Shown here piece by piece: positions 22,043 to 33,916 of a stretch of DNA of 64,000 nt. The notes below the pieces were generated by a model. That model saw only the letters and a list, made by a program, of their open reading frames with translations, did no database searches and had not been told where the DNA came from. Within the stretch, counting starts at the first letter, position 1; every line of letters begins with the position of its first letter. Made by a program: the position numbers and the translations under genes. The stretch covers positions 10,032-74,031 of the forward strand of contig CAIXPL010000030.1 of NCBI GenBank assembly GCA_903921325.1, written 5' to 3'. The stretch is from an uncultured Pseudomonadota bacterium (GTDB taxonomy: Bacteria > Pseudomonadota > Gammaproteobacteria > Burkholderiales > SG8-39).

Positions 22043-22717
22043 ATGAGAGGTCCTGCCAGCGTATCAACCCTGCTGCTGCGTAACGTGGCCCTGTTTTCAC
22101 AGTTGCCCGAGCCCCAGCTCGCCTTGCTCACCCGCGTGGTGGGGCGCAAATCGTTCACCCGATCCTCCACCATTATCGCGGCGGGCGATCCAAGCGATGC
22201 CTTGTATATCGTGATCTCGGGGCGGCTCAAGGTGATGATGAGCGACGATGAAGGGCGCGAGGTGATTCTCGCCATCCTCGGACCAGGGGAATTCTTTGGC
22301 GAAATGGCCCTGCTCGACGATGAAACCCGCTCGGCCACGGTGATCGCCATCGAGCCATGCGAGCTGCTGTCGATTGCCAAATCCGATTTCAAGCGCTGCC
22401 TGGCAGAGAATATGGACATCAGCATGGGGGTGATGCGCGGGCTCGTTAAACGCCTGCGCGAAGCCGATCGCAAAATCGGTAGCCTCGCATTGATGGATGT
22501 CTATGGTCGCGTCGCTCGACTGCTGCTCGAGATGTCCGAAGACGTCAACGGCCAGAAGGTGGTCTGCAAGCGTCTGCCCAAGCAAGACATCGCCAAGATG
22601 ATTGGTGCCTCGCGCGAAATGGTCTCGAGGGTCATGAAAGACCTGCAGACCAGTGGCTATATTGAAGTGCGCTCCGGCTCGATTTTTCTGCGCGAAAATA
22701 TCTCGATGGCCCACTGA
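22043..22717 (+). CDS. Crp/Fnr-family transcriptional regulator (cNMP-binding domain + HTH)
   Basis: cNMP-binding block (LYIVISGRLKV..GPGEFFGEMALLD..RSATV) and C-terminal HTH (QDIAKMIGASREMVSRVMKDL). No N-terminal Cys cluster, so CRP/Vfr/Clp-like rather than FNR-like. ATG 22043. Confidence 0.85.
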   Translation: MRGPASVSTLLLRNVALFSQLPEPQLALLTRVVGRKSFTRSSTIIAAGDPSDALYIVISGRLKVMMSDDEGREVILAILGPGEFFGEMALLDDETRSATVIAIEPCELLSIAKSDFKRCLAENMDISMGVMRGLVKRLREADRKIGSLALMDVYGRVARLLLEMSEDVNGQKVVCKRLPKQDIAKMIGASREMVSRVMKDLQTSGYIEVRSGSIFLRENISMAH

Positions 22718-22818
22718 CCCGATTCACTGAGAATGGCCGCGGCGGGTGGCCGCCTGCGAGCAGACTCTGCGCAGGGGGTCACCTGACTGTAAAATGCGCG
22801 CTCGGTCACTTTCTTTGA

Positions 22819-25158
22819 TTGACCTGGGCGCGTTCCGGCGGGGATGACGCGCAGGCATTGTCCGGCGTATTTCGATCCCACGTGGCGATATCCAAGGCAA
22901 ACCCGGCTCCGCTTCCCGGCAAAGTAGCTGCGCTATTGCGCGAATCGCGCTGGATTCTATTCAGCGTGGCCGCGCTTTATTTCGCGCTGATTTTGCTCAC
23001 CTACGACCCGGCCGATCCAGGCTGGTCGCATGTCCTTGAGGTCGAGAGGGTACAAAACGCGGGGGGGCGGGTCGGTGCATGGGTGGCCGACCTGTTGCTC
23101 TTCCTGTTTGGTCTATCGGCCTATTGGCTGGTCGTTTTGTGCCTGTACGGTGTGATATCCGGCTACCGCCGCCTGGAGGGCGTGTTGACCGATCGCGCCG
23201 TGTTTATCTGGTCGCTGAGCGGCTTCGTGGTGATGCTCCTGTCGTCCTCGGCCATCGAGTCACTGCGCTTCTACAGTCTGAGTGCGAAGCTGCCGGCGGT
23301 GCCCGGCGGGATGCTCGGTGCCTTGTTCGGGCAGGGCCTGGCCCGACTGGGCGGATTTACCGGCGCGACACTGATTCTGATGGCTGTCTGGGCGATCGGG
23401 TTATCGTTATTCACCGGACAGTCCTGGCTCACCATCATCGAGCGCATTGGCGAGGCTTTGGAGAACGCCTGGGGGCGGCTGCGGGCCTGGCGCGAAGAGC
23501 GGCGAGATCTCAAGGTAGGTGAGGTCGCGGCAGTCGAGCGCGAAGAGATCGTGGCCGAAGAAAAACGCCGGGTTGAGGAGCACGCTCCGATCCGCATCGA
23601 AGTGCCGCCCCCCGAAATTGCCAAATCCGAGCGGGTAATGCGCGAAAAGCAGGTGCCGCTGTTCCTTGAACTGCCCGACACACCGCTGCCCCCGCTTGCG
23701 TTGCTCGATGAGCCAACACCCGAGCGCGAACCGGTTTCGGCTGCCACGCTCGATTACACCTCGCGCTTGATTGAGCGCAAGTTGAAGGATTTCGGGGTTG
23801 AGGTGCAGGTGCTGGCAGCCTATCCGGGGCCGGTGATTACGCGCTATGAAATCGATCCGGCGGTTGGTGTGAAGGGCAGCCAGATCGTCAACCTGGTGAA
23901 AGATCTGGCGCGGGCATTGTCAGTGGTCAGCATTCGCGTGGTGGAGACCATTCCGGGCAAGTCATGCATGGGGCTGGAGTTACCCAATGCCCGACGCCAG
24001 GTGGTGCGGCTCTCCGAGATCCTGTCCTCGAAGATCTATAACGATACGGCCTCGCCGCTCACCCTGGCACTTGGCAAGGACATCTCCGGTCAGCCGGTGG
24101 TGGCTGATCTTGCGCGCATGCCGCACCTGCTGGTGGCGGGCACCACCGGCTCGGGCAAGTCGGTGGCGGTCAATGCGATGATCTTGTCGCTGCTCTACAA
24201 GTCCGAGGCGCGCGACGTGCGCCTCATCATGATCGATCCAAAGATGCTCGAATTGTCGGTCTATCAGGATATTCCGCAGTTGCTCGCTCCGGTGGTCACC
24301 GACATGAAGCAGGCGCATCACGCGCTTGCCTGGTCGGTGGGCGAGATGGAGCGGCGCTACAAGCTGATGTCCTGGATGGGAGTGCGCAATCTCTCGGGTT
24401 TTAATCAGAAGATTGCCGAGTCAGAGAAGAACAACGTCCCGGTGTTTGACCCGACCAGCCTGGAGACGAGCGACCCGGTGCCGCTCGGGCGCCTGCCGCA
24501 TATCGTTGTCGTGATCGATGAGCTGGCCGATCTCATGATGGTCGAGGGCAAGAAAGTCGAGGTACTGATTGCGCGCCTGGCACAAAAGGCGCGCGCTGCC
24601 GGTATCCATCTGATCCTTGCGACCCAGCGTCCGTCGGTGGACGTCATCACCGGACTGATCAAGGCCAACATTCCCACCCGGATCGCGTTTCAGGTGTCGA
24701 GCCGGATCGATTCGCGGACGATCCTCGATCAGCAGGGGGCGGAGGCATTGCTCGGTCAGGGCGACATGCTGTATCTGCCTCCGGGCAGCGGCTTACCCAA
24801 CCGCGTGCACGGCGCCTTCGTGTCTGATGAGGAAGTCCACAAGGTCGTGGAGCATCTGAAGCGTGTCGGTGAGCCTGACTATGTCGAAGGCTTGCTCAAT
24901 GGCGACAGCACCTCGCTTGGCGAGGGCGATGGGGCTGCCGCTGGATCTGACGCAGAGAAAGATGCGCTGTACGATCAGGCGGTGGAAATCGTGCTCAAGA
25001 ATCGGCGGGCGTCTATTTCACTGGTGCAACGACATTTGCGCATTGGCTATAACCGCGCTGCGCGATTGCTCGAAGCGATGGAACAGGCGGGGCTGGTCTC
25101 GACTATGCAAACCAATGGCAATCGCGAGGTGCTCGTGCCTCCCCGGAGTGGCGAGTGA
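22819..25158 (+). CDS. ftsK: DNA translocase FtsK
   Basis: N-terminal TM helices, Glu/Pro linker, motor domain (Walker [33 protein letters not shown]) and gamma wHTH domain ([36 protein letters not shown]). The start is TTG 22819 or GTG 22882; neither has a clear SD. Confidence 0.9.
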   Translation: MTWARSGGDDAQALSGVFRSHVAISKANPAPLPGKVAALLRESRWILFSVAALYFALILLTYDPADPGWSHVLEVERVQNAGGRVGAWVADLLLFLFGLSAYWLVVLCLYGVISGYRRLEGVLTDRAVFIWSLSGFVVMLLSSSAIESLRFYSLSAKLPAVPGGMLGALFGQGLARLGGFTGATLILMAVWAIGLSLFTGQSWLTIIERIGEALENAWGRLRAWREERRDLKVGEVAAVEREEIVAEEKRRVEEHAPIRIEVPPPEIAKSERVMREKQVPLFLELPDTPLPPLALLDEPTPEREPVSAATLDYTSRLIERKLKDFGVEVQVLAAYPGPVITRYEIDPAVGVKGSQIVNLVKDLARALSVVSIRVVETIPGKSCMGLELPNARRQVVRLSEILSSKIYNDTASPLTLALGKDISGQPVVADLARMPHLLVAGTTGSGKSVAVNAMILSLLYKSEARDVRLIMIDPKMLELSVYQDIPQLLAPVVTDMKQAHHALAWSVGEMERRYKLMSWMGVRNLSGFNQKIAESEKNNVPVFDPTSLETSDPVPLGRLPHIVVVIDELADLMMVEGKKVEVLIARLAQKARAAGIHLILATQRPSVDVITGLIKANIPTRIAFQVSSRIDSRTILDQQGAEALLGQGDMLYLPPGSGLPNRVHGAFVSDEEVHKVVEHLKRVGEPDYVEGLLNGDSTSLGEGDGAAAGSDAEKDALYDQAVEIVLKNRRASISLVQRHLRIGYNRAARLLEAMEQAGLVSTMQTNGNREVLVPPRSGE

Positions 25159-25226
25159 GCGCGCTGCGCCAGGGTCGGCGCATTGTCGGCAGGCGAGGCC
25201 GCCACATTGACGAGGTGAGTGCGCGA

Positions 25227-25868
25227 GTGAAGTCGCTGCGCTGGCCTGCGAGCGCGATACGCCAAGTGCTATTGATCCTGTGTCTGACTCTGGGGACGCT
25301 TGATGTCCATGCGACTGGCAGCGATCGTTTGCAAACATTCATGAACTCGACCCGCTCGATGCGGGCACAGTTCGAGCAGACCATCGTCGATCGCAATGGC
25401 AAGCTCACGCAAAGCTCAAACGGCACGTTCGAGTTCGCCCGACCAGGGCGTTTTCGCTGGGTGTACTTGAAACCTGACCCACAGACGATTGTGAGCGACG
25501 GTCAAACACTGTGGCTCTACGATCCGGAATTGAACCAGGTCACCCGGCGCAAGCTCGATCAGGCGCTGGGGGCAACTCCGGCTGCGTTGCTGGCAGGCAA
25601 TGTCGAGGTCCTCAAGGCCTTTGCCCTCGCCGATGAACCAGACCAGGGGGCACTGCAGTGGGTGCGGGCCACCCCGCGCGAGCGCGACACATCGTTCGGC
25701 CAGATCCGTATGGGTTTCTCTGCCGAGGGCATTGCGGCGATGGAATTGATCGATGGCTTTGGACAACGCACACGGCTTAACTTCTCGGCCCTGGAGCGTA
25801 ATCCCTCGATCGATGCTGGCCAATTTCGCTTCTCGCCTCCGAGTGGCGCTGATGTGGTTGGCAATTAA
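25227..25868 (+). CDS. lolA: outer-membrane lipoprotein carrier protein LolA
   Basis: Signal peptide then LolA blocks (F.Q......G....S.G.F...RPGRFRW.Y..P..Q.IVSDG..LW.YDPEL.QVT). GTG 25227 has a GAGGTG SD 7 nt upstream. The track ORF starts at GTG 25155, overlapping the ftsK stop. Confidence 0.85.
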   Translation: MKSLRWPASAIRQVLLILCLTLGTLDVHATGSDRLQTFMNSTRSMRAQFEQTIVDRNGKLTQSSNGTFEFARPGRFRWVYLKPDPQTIVSDGQTLWLYDPELNQVTRRKLDQALGATPAALLAGNVEVLKAFALADEPDQGALQWVRATPRERDTSFGQIRMGFSAEGIAAMELIDGFGQRTRLNFSALERNPSIDAGQFRFSPPSGADVVGN

Positions 25869-25895
25869 GCTCGCCGCACTTTTGCGCGTGCCACG

Positions 25896-27392
25896 ATGAG
25901 CGACCTGTTCTCAGGGCACGAGCCCGCAGCAACCCCCGAGCGCATGGTTGCGTCCGCAGTCGCGAGGACATCGGCGACCGCTGTGCCCGGTGCGTCCGGT
26001 GCGTCCGATTCGGGCACCCACGGGGTCGGCGCCGCTGCCGATGCGATGCGTGGCATACCGCTCGCCGAGCGCATGCGCCCGCGCTCGATTGATGAGATGG
26101 TTGGCCAAACGCACCTGTTGGGCGAAGGCAAACCGCTACGGCTTGCCTTTTCATCGGGGCGGCCCCATTCGATGATTTTGTGGGGCCCGCCCGGGGTGGG
26201 TAAAACCACCCTGGCGCGGCTCACCGCGCGTGCATTCGATGCCCAGTTCATTGCACTCTCAGCGGTGATGTCTGGTGTGAAGGATATTCGCGAAGCGGTG
26301 GACCAGGCACGGGCCTACCAGCGCGCTGGCCGTCACACCATCGTGTTTGTCGATGAAGTTCATCGCTTCAACAAAGGCCAGCAGGATGCCTTCCTGCCCT
26401 TTGTCGAAAGCGGTCTGTTCACGTTCATCGGTGCGACGACAGAGAATCCGTCCTTTGAAGTGAATTCAGCCCTGCTATCTCGGGCCAGCGTCTACGTTCT
26501 GAAGGCGCTCGCCGATGAAGAGCTTGGCCAGTTGCTCGATCGCGCGCTTGCCGAGCGGCTGCCAGGGGTGCTTGTTGATGCAACTGCCCGCGCCCGCGTG
26601 ATCGGGCAGGCCGATGGAGACGCCAGACGACTGCTCAACCTGATTGAAATATTGCACAGCGCCGCGCAGGGCTCAGAGCGCCCGCACATCGACGGGGCAT
26701 TCGTTGAGGAGGCACTGGCGGCCAATCTGCGCCGCTTTGACAACGGCGGTGATCTATTCCACGACCAGATCTCTGCACTGCACAAGTCGGTACGCGGGTC
26801 GCATCCTGATGCTGCGCTGTACTGGCTGGTGCGCATGCTCGATGGCGGGGCCGATCCGCTCTACCTCGCGCGCCGCATTATTCGCATGGCAGTGGAGGAC
26901 ATTGGGCTGGCCGATCCGCGCGCCCTCGATCTGGCGCTCGCTGCGGCGCAAACCTACGAGCGGCTGGGCAGCCCCGAGGGCGAGCTTGCCCTGGCCGAGG
27001 CCATCCTCTATATGGCATGTGCCGCAAAATCCAATGCAGTGTATGTCGCCTATAATCGGGCACGTGAGTTTGTGGCCGCAGATCACTCGCGCGATGTGCC
27101 GATGCATTTGCGTAACGCGCCGACACGATTGATGAAATCGCTGGGCCATGGACGTGGATATCGCTATGCCCATGACGAACGCGACGGCTACGCCGCCGGT
27201 GAGCGTTATCTACCCGATGGCATGACCGAACCGGGCTGGTATGAGCCCACGGGTCGTGGCCTCGAGGGACGAATTGCCGAACGGTTGGCGCAGTTGCGTG
27301 AGCGCGACCAGGCGGCCGCGCGTGACCCGGGCGGCAACCCGGTGGAAGCGAACCCGGGCGCGGGCGATTCTGGTTTGCGCGACGCAAAGTAA
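25896..27392 (+). CDS. rarA: replication-associated recombination protein A (AAA+ ATPase RarA/MgsA)
   Basis: [21 protein letters not shown], Walker [21 protein letters not shown], MgsA C-terminal blocks (DA.LYWL.RML..G.DP.Y..RR, H.RNAPT.LMK..G.G..Y.Y.HD). About 50-aa Ala/Ser/Gly-rich N-terminal extension. Confidence 0.92.
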   Translation: MSDLFSGHEPAATPERMVASAVARTSATAVPGASGASDSGTHGVGAAADAMRGIPLAERMRPRSIDEMVGQTHLLGEGKPLRLAFSSGRPHSMILWGPPGVGKTTLARLTARAFDAQFIALSAVMSGVKDIREAVDQARAYQRAGRHTIVFVDEVHRFNKGQQDAFLPFVESGLFTFIGATTENPSFEVNSALLSRASVYVLKALADEELGQLLDRALAERLPGVLVDATARARVIGQADGDARRLLNLIEILHSAAQGSERPHIDGAFVEEALAANLRRFDNGGDLFHDQISALHKSVRGSHPDAALYWLVRMLDGGADPLYLARRIIRMAVEDIGLADPRALDLALAAAQTYERLGSPEGELALAEAILYMACAAKSNAVYVAYNRAREFVAADHSRDVPMHLRNAPTRLMKSLGHGRGYRYAHDERDGYAAGERYLPDGMTEPGWYEPTGRGLEGRIAERLAQLRERDQAAARDPGGNPVEANPGAGDSGLRDAK

Positions 27393-27403
27393 TGAACGAC
27401 TGA

Positions 27404-28702
<1,299 letters not shown>

Positions 28703-28877
28703 GGCAAGGTAGCATAGCGGGCCTGCGCGCAGCAGCAGGCTGACAAAGGCCTAGACTGACCGCGGATCGAGCGTGAGTCTGGCGCCAACACGAGCTTGAA
28801 TGCACCATGCGCCTGACTTTGATGCCAGGTCGAGTTTCAAACGCACGACGAGCCTAATTGCAGGAGACAAGCGCATC

Positions 28878-29918
28878 ATGGCCTTTACCGTAACTTTGCA
28901 GCCCAGTGGTCACCGCTTCGAGGTGCCCGAGGGCGTATCCATCCTGACTGCCGGTCTGGATGCGGGCTATCTGATGCCCTATAGCTGCCGCGCCTCGACC
29001 TGCCGCACCTGTCGCGGCCGCATCATTGAGGGCACGGTGGATTACGGCGGGGCAATTGATGCGTATTTGAACGCCGAGGAGAAAGCCGCCGGCTATGCGC
29101 TCCTGTGTGCTGCCAAACCGCTGTCGGATGTCGTGGTCGAGGTGAAGGAGTTGTCCTTTGTCGGGGCCAAGCCGCGCATGGTGCCCTGCCGCGTGAAGTC
29201 CCTCGAGCGCCCGGCCAGCGATGTGGTGATCCTCGATGTGCGCTTGCCGATGAACGAGAATTTCATGTTCGCGGCCGGTCAATATGTGGACATCCTGTTG
29301 AAGGACAAACGCCGTCGCAGCTATTCAATCGCGACGGCGCCCACGGCTGAAGGCGTGACATCGCTTGATTTTCATATTCGTCATTTGCCAGGCGGTGCGT
29401 TCACCGACCATGTATTCAGTGCGCTGAAGGTGGGCGAGATTCTGCGCTTTGAGGGGCCACTGGGCACCTTCTACCTGCGCGAAGACAGCGACAAGCCGAT
29501 CATTCTGCTTGCCAGTGGTACCGGCTTTGCACCAATCAAGTCGATTGTCCAATATGCGCGAGCGCGCGGCATCAAGCGCCCGATGACCCTGTATTGGGGC
29601 TGCCGCACCAAGGCCGACTTGTATCAGTCGGCTACCGCCGAGGCCTGGGCCGATGAGATACCAGGCTTTCGCTATGTTCCGGTACTCTCCGAGGCGCGGC
29701 CCGAGGATAGCTGGCCCGGTCGCACCGGCCTGGTCCATCAGGCAGTAATGGCCGATCATCCGGATCTGTCCGGGTACCAGGTCTACGCTTGCGGCGCACC
29801 AATCATGGTTGATTCAGCGCGACGGGATTTTGTGGCGCGTTGCGGACTACCGGAAGAAGAATTTTTGGCCGATTCATTTCTCAGCGAAGCCGATCGGGCC
29901 GGCGCACCAGCTGCCTGA
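28878..29918 (+). CDS. 2Fe-2S ferredoxin / FAD / NAD(P)H oxidoreductase (FNR-like, CDP-6-deoxy-delta-3,4-glucoseen-reductase-type architecture)
   Basis: N-terminal plant-type ferredoxin Cys pattern (CRASTCRTCRG...LLC), FAD motif RRSYSIA, NAD motif ASGTGFAPIKS. ATG 28878 (MAFTVTLQ). The track ORF starts at 28800. Confidence 0.8.
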   Translation: MAFTVTLQPSGHRFEVPEGVSILTAGLDAGYLMPYSCRASTCRTCRGRIIEGTVDYGGAIDAYLNAEEKAAGYALLCAAKPLSDVVVEVKELSFVGAKPRMVPCRVKSLERPASDVVILDVRLPMNENFMFAAGQYVDILLKDKRRRSYSIATAPTAEGVTSLDFHIRHLPGGAFTDHVFSALKVGEILRFEGPLGTFYLREDSDKPIILLASGTGFAPIKSIVQYARARGIKRPMTLYWGCRTKADLYQSATAEAWADEIPGFRYVPVLSEARPEDSWPGRTGLVHQAVMADHPDLSGYQVYACGAPIMVDSARRDFVARCGLPEEEFLADSFLSEADRAGAPAA

Positions 29919-29956
29919 AGCGTTCGTATTCAACATACCATGACAAGGAGACACTG

Positions 29957-30490
29957 ATGCATATCGAAGAAGTTCAGGAAGCTGCCTTTGTGCCACCGAA
30001 CAAGGAATCGGTGGTGCGCGGTGAGGTGCTCTCTCACGGCACGCTTGAGTGTTTTGATCTCAAGGTATCGCGCCGCTTTTACGAAGAGTTCCTTGGCCTT
30101 GAGTGTGTGCGACATGCCCGCCCGGCGATGGCGATCCGCTGCGGCATGAAATTCCATATCGTGTGTGTCGAAGTGGGTGATGCGGTGCATCCGTGTTCAG
30201 TGCTCAACCACTGGGGCATTGATGTGAAGAGCGAGGGTGAAGTTGATCGGGTGTGGCAGGCGGCCAAAGACCTGCAGGCCAAATACGGCATCCGCCAGGT
30301 GCTCGACAAGGTCAAGCAGCATGGGGTGTATTCCTTCTACATGGAGGACTGCGACCACAACTGGTGGGAAATCCAGCATTACGACGGCTTCCAGCATGAG
30401 GATATGTTCGATTTCGGCGATCGATTCTCGATGGACGAAGACTCCGACATTCACAACATGCCGGAACTGACCATCAAGAATTCAGCTTGA
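29957..30490 (+). CDS. VOC (glyoxalase/dioxygenase-fold) family protein, function unknown
   Basis: ATG 29957 preceded by AAGGAG. Weak by-eye resemblance to a VOC fold (L.H.TLEC.DL..S..FY.EFLGLE..R; HWGIDV). Low-specificity call. Confidence 0.45.
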   Translation: MHIEEVQEAAFVPPNKESVVRGEVLSHGTLECFDLKVSRRFYEEFLGLECVRHARPAMAIRCGMKFHIVCVEVGDAVHPCSVLNHWGIDVKSEGEVDRVWQAAKDLQAKYGIRQVLDKVKQHGVYSFYMEDCDHNWWEIQHYDGFQHEDMFDFGDRFSMDEDSDIHNMPELTIKNSA

Positions 30491-30569
30491 GCGGGGCACC
30501 CTGCGTCGGTCCAAGTCAGCCGGTGGCTTGGTCGGCGCAACGCGCAGTCGCGGACCCTGTTCGGTCGGC

Positions 30570-30621
30570 TGCAGGGCTCAGCCGGCCGAGCCCTGAGCGG
30601 TGCAGGGCTTAGCCGGCTGAG
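30570..30621. repeat. 21-nt direct repeat (2 mismatches, 31-nt period) duplicating the stop region of the pdxA-like gene
   Basis: TGCAGGGCTCAGCCGGCCGAG at 30570-30590 and TGCAGGGCTTAGCCGGCTGAG at 30601-30621. The second copy contains the gene's TAA (minus strand). Confidence 0.8.
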
Positions 30622-31643
30622 GCCACTTGGCGGCGCAAGGCAGCCAGTTCCGCGGACAACACGATTGCGTGCTCCATGACGTTCGAGCGCGCCTTGCCCT
30701 GCCAGGCGATGTCGTAGGCGGTGCCGTGCCCGGCAGTGGTGCGGATGATGGACGTACCCGCGATCACGGTGACATAGCCATAGCGTTTGAGCGGGATGAC
30801 GCCCTGATCGTGGTACATGCCAACGATACCGTCGTAATGACCCTGGTCGGCTGCCCAGTACAGGCTGTCGGATGGCTCCGGACCACGAACGTCGATGCCT
30901 TCGGAGCGAAGACGCTCCACCACCGGGATTACCTGTTCGATTTCTTCGCGTCCGAACAGCCCCCCGTCACCGGCGTGTGGGTTCAATCCCGCGACGCCGA
31001 TCCGTGGCCGCTCAATGCGCCACAAGTCGCGTAGAGATTGATCGGCCATGCGAATGATGGCCTCGACATTGGTTTGGGTCACCCGCTCGATGGCCTCGCG
31101 CAGCGACACGTGCGAACTCACCAAGTAAACCCGTGAGCGCCCACCGACCAGCACGGTGTAGTACTGGCTGGCACCGCACATTTCGGCATAGATGTCGGTC
31201 TGGCCGGAGTATTGGGTGAACCCGGCCGCATGCATGGATTCCTTGTTGGTCGGACCCGAAGCCACCGCATCAATTTCGGCCCGATTTGCCAGATCAGCCG
31301 AACAGCGAATGGTCTCGACAAACGCGCGACCACAAGCGGCATCGACCCGGCCGCGCTGATAGGACCCAGGCGGCAAGTTGGCCAGATCAAGCAGGTCAAT
31401 CACACCGGGCTCATAACGAGCGGCAGCCGCCTCGCTGACGATGCGCACGTTCGGCGGGGACTTCACATAGGCAAACGCCGCGCGCATCACCGAGGCATCA
31501 CCAATCAGGAGCGGGCGGCACGCCGCGATCACCTCGGGTGAGCACAGCGAGCGAGCAACGATCTCGGGGCCGATGCCCCCCGCATCGCCCATGGTGATTC
31601 CGACGATAGGACGCTCAGCGAGTGCAGGGGATTGGGTGCTCAT
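30609..31643 (-). CDS. PdxA-family NAD-dependent 4-hydroxy-acid-phosphate dehydrogenase (4-hydroxythreonine-4-phosphate dehydrogenase-like)
   Basis: ITMGDAGGIGPEI, GPTNKE, NPHAGDGGLFG.EE, YHDQG, TS.DHGTAYDIAW.GKA-type blocks. ATG 31643 was chosen; TTG 31688 is possible. Whether it is true PdxA or a PdxA2-like sugar-acid enzyme cannot be decided here. Confidence 0.8.
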   Translation of the reverse strand: MSTQSPALAERPIVGITMGDAGGIGPEIVARSLCSPEVIAACRPLLIGDASVMRAAFAYVKSPPNVRIVSEAAAARYEPGVIDLLDLANLPPGSYQRGRVDAACGRAFVETIRCSADLANRAEIDAVASGPTNKESMHAAGFTQYSGQTDIYAEMCGASQYYTVLVGGRSRVYLVSSHVSLREAIERVTQTNVEAIIRMADQSLRDLWRIERPRIGVAGLNPHAGDGGLFGREEIEQVIPVVERLRSEGIDVRGPEPSDSLYWAADQGHYDGIVGMYHDQGVIPLKRYGYVTVIAGTSIIRTTAGHGTAYDIAWQGKARSNVMEHAIVLSAELAALRRQVASAG

Positions 31644-31832
31644 GGTAGGCAATGCTCGGTTGGCGATAGGTTCAGATACGGCAGGCAATCAGACAAGTAA
31701 ACCGGCAAACGGGCAGCCGGGCAAATGCGGCGGCCGGGGGCCGACGGTATTGCTTGCAGGTTCAATTATCATTCATGCACGGCGTGCCCGGGCTATCCTG
31801 GGCACCAACGCACCTACACGGAGATCAAGCGC

Positions 31833-32234
31833 ATGCCAAAAATCATCATCCAGAGTGCCCAGGCCCCGGTCACCGGGTTCACCGCGGGCAAGCCTTCGCC
31901 GCTTGCGCAGGCGATTCGGGCCGGAGATTTCATCTATGTGTCAGGGCAGGGGCCGCTCGATCCGGCAACCCGTCAGGTCGTCTCAGAGGACATTCGCGAA
32001 CAAAGCCGTGCCGTGCTCAACAACCTGAAAAGCGTGCTGGAGGCTGGTGGCGCGGGCATTGCCCAGATCGTGAATATGCGCGTGTCGCTGCGCGATACGG
32101 CTGACTTTCCCGCATTCAACGAAGTATTTACCGAATGGGTGGCTGGCGAAAAAGTCACCCGAACCTGTGTCGGTGCCTCACCGCATCGCGCCGGGGTCAA
32201 GGTAGAGGTCGACTGCGTTGCCTATCTGGGCTGA
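31833..32234 (+). CDS. RidA/YjgF-family reactive-intermediate deaminase
   Basis: MPKIIIQS..AP....Y..A.RAGDFIYVSGQGPLDP, NL..VLEAGG, R.CV.A. ATG 31833. Confidence 0.85.
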   Translation: MPKIIIQSAQAPVTGFTAGKPSPLAQAIRAGDFIYVSGQGPLDPATRQVVSEDIREQSRAVLNNLKSVLEAGGAGIAQIVNMRVSLRDTADFPAFNEVFTEWVAGEKVTRTCVGASPHRAGVKVEVDCVAYLG

Positions 32235-32240
32235 GCCATC

Positions 32241-33854
32241 GTGGCAGAGACACCCATGAAACCCGGCACGCAACCCAATTTCATCGTATTCATTACCGAT
32301 CAGCATCGCGCGGACCATATCGGCTGCTATGGCAATCCGGTGGTACGCACGCCCAATATCGATCGGCTCGCAGCCGATGGGTGGCTGTTCGATGAATTTC
32401 ATGTAGCGACTCCGATTTGCATGCCTAATCGCGCCTCGATCATGACCGGGCGCTTACCTTCCCGCCACGGGGTGCGTCACAATGGGATTGAGCTTTCCCT
32501 GGACGAACGTACGCTGCCGCAGCAATTACAGGCGGCTGGTTATCGCACGCACCATGTGGGCAAATCGCATTTGCAGAACATCGAGACCAAACCGGGACAA
32601 TATCCGCGTGAGGGTGAGCCGCGCCTGGCCCCCGAGGCACGCCGCGAAGGTCCCGGTGAGCATGGCCAGGAGGTGTGGAAGCGCTGGGAGGACGAGCCGA
32701 ACTGGGATATCGGTACCCCCTATTACGGTTTCGACACGGTCGATCTGTGCATCCACCACGCCGACGATGAGTATGGCCATTGGCGCCGCTGGATCCGTGA
32801 GCAGCATGCCGACGCCGACGGTCTGATTGGTGCCAGAAATGCCACCCCCGCCCCCGAATACGATCTCACTCGCTGCGGGCAGGCATGGCGCACGCGCGTT
32901 CCCGAGTCGCTTTATCCGACCGCCTGGATTGCCGATCGTGCCATTGACCGGTTGCGCGAATCGGCCCATGGCGAGCAGCCGTTTTTCATGTATTGCTCGT
33001 TCCCCGATCCGCATCATCCGTATACGCCGCCCGGTCAATACTGGTCGATGTATTCCCCCGATGAAGTGAGTGCGCCAGCCTCGTTTCATGCCGAGCATCG
33101 CGACCTGCCGCCGCACGTGCGCTGGTTGCACGATCGACGAGCCGATGGCACTGCGGTGAAGAATACGCAGGCGCTCTTTGCCTGCACCGAACGCGAGGCG
33201 CGCGAGGCGATTGCACTCAACTACGGTTCGATCAGTTTCATCGACGATTCGATCGGCCGGGTGCTCGCTGAATTGCATTCCCTTGGGCTGGCCGAGAACA
33301 CCGTCGTGATCTTTACCGCTGACCATGGTGATTTCATGGGTGATCATCAACTGCTATTGAAAGGGCCGGTGCATTACCGCGGCCTGGTGCGCATTCCCTT
33401 TGTCTGGTATGACCCGCAGCAGTCAGACGCCGGAGAGTCGAGCGCGCTCACGCAGTCGATCGATATCGCACCGAGCATTCTTGAGCGGGCGGGTGTATTG
33501 CCCTGGAATGGCATTCAGGGGCGTTCGCTGCTGCCGCTCATGTCAAGCGACCGGCAGACGCGCCACGCGGCTGCGCGACCGAATCTTCTGATCGAAGAAG
33601 AGGGGCAACGCTACTACATGGGTTTCCCCGGACGCGTGCGCATGCGCACATTGCGCGACGCCCGCTACCGCATGTCGATCTACGACGGGGTGGACTGGGG
33701 CGAACTCTATGACCTGGTCGAAGACCCGCATGAGACAGTCAATCTGTGGAATGAATCGGCCGCGGCATCGGTGCGTGGGTCAATGATGGAACGCATGGCG
33801 CGCGCAATGATCGAGCAGGCTGAAACGAGTCCGTATCCGGTGCGTATCGCGTGA
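32241..33854 (+). CDS. sulfatase-family hydrolase (formylglycine-dependent type)
   Basis: NFIVFITDQHRAD, C-x-P-x-R motif CMPNRAS, TADHGDFMGDH. No obvious signal peptide. GTG 32241 or ATG 32256. Confidence 0.85.
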   Translation: MAETPMKPGTQPNFIVFITDQHRADHIGCYGNPVVRTPNIDRLAADGWLFDEFHVATPICMPNRASIMTGRLPSRHGVRHNGIELSLDERTLPQQLQAAGYRTHHVGKSHLQNIETKPGQYPREGEPRLAPEARREGPGEHGQEVWKRWEDEPNWDIGTPYYGFDTVDLCIHHADDEYGHWRRWIREQHADADGLIGARNATPAPEYDLTRCGQAWRTRVPESLYPTAWIADRAIDRLRESAHGEQPFFMYCSFPDPHHPYTPPGQYWSMYSPDEVSAPASFHAEHRDLPPHVRWLHDRRADGTAVKNTQALFACTEREAREAIALNYGSISFIDDSIGRVLAELHSLGLAENTVVIFTADHGDFMGDHQLLLKGPVHYRGLVRIPFVWYDPQQSDAGESSALTQSIDIAPSILERAGVLPWNGIQGRSLLPLMSSDRQTRHAAARPNLLIEEEGQRYYMGFPGRVRMRTLRDARYRMSIYDGVDWGELYDLVEDPHETVNLWNESAAASVRGSMMERMARAMIEQAETSPYPVRIA

Positions 33855-33916
33855 GCCGAAGCGGCTGTCGATTGCGACTGCCATTGCCGTTGCGACTGCG
33901 ATTGCCCGCGTGTCTG

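Noticed and set aside
22819-22881. Assigning a definite start codon to ftsK
   Set aside because: Neither TTG 22819 nor GTG 22882 has a convincing SD. Both give plausible N-termini before the first TM helix. The longer ORF is reported, with the ambiguity stated.
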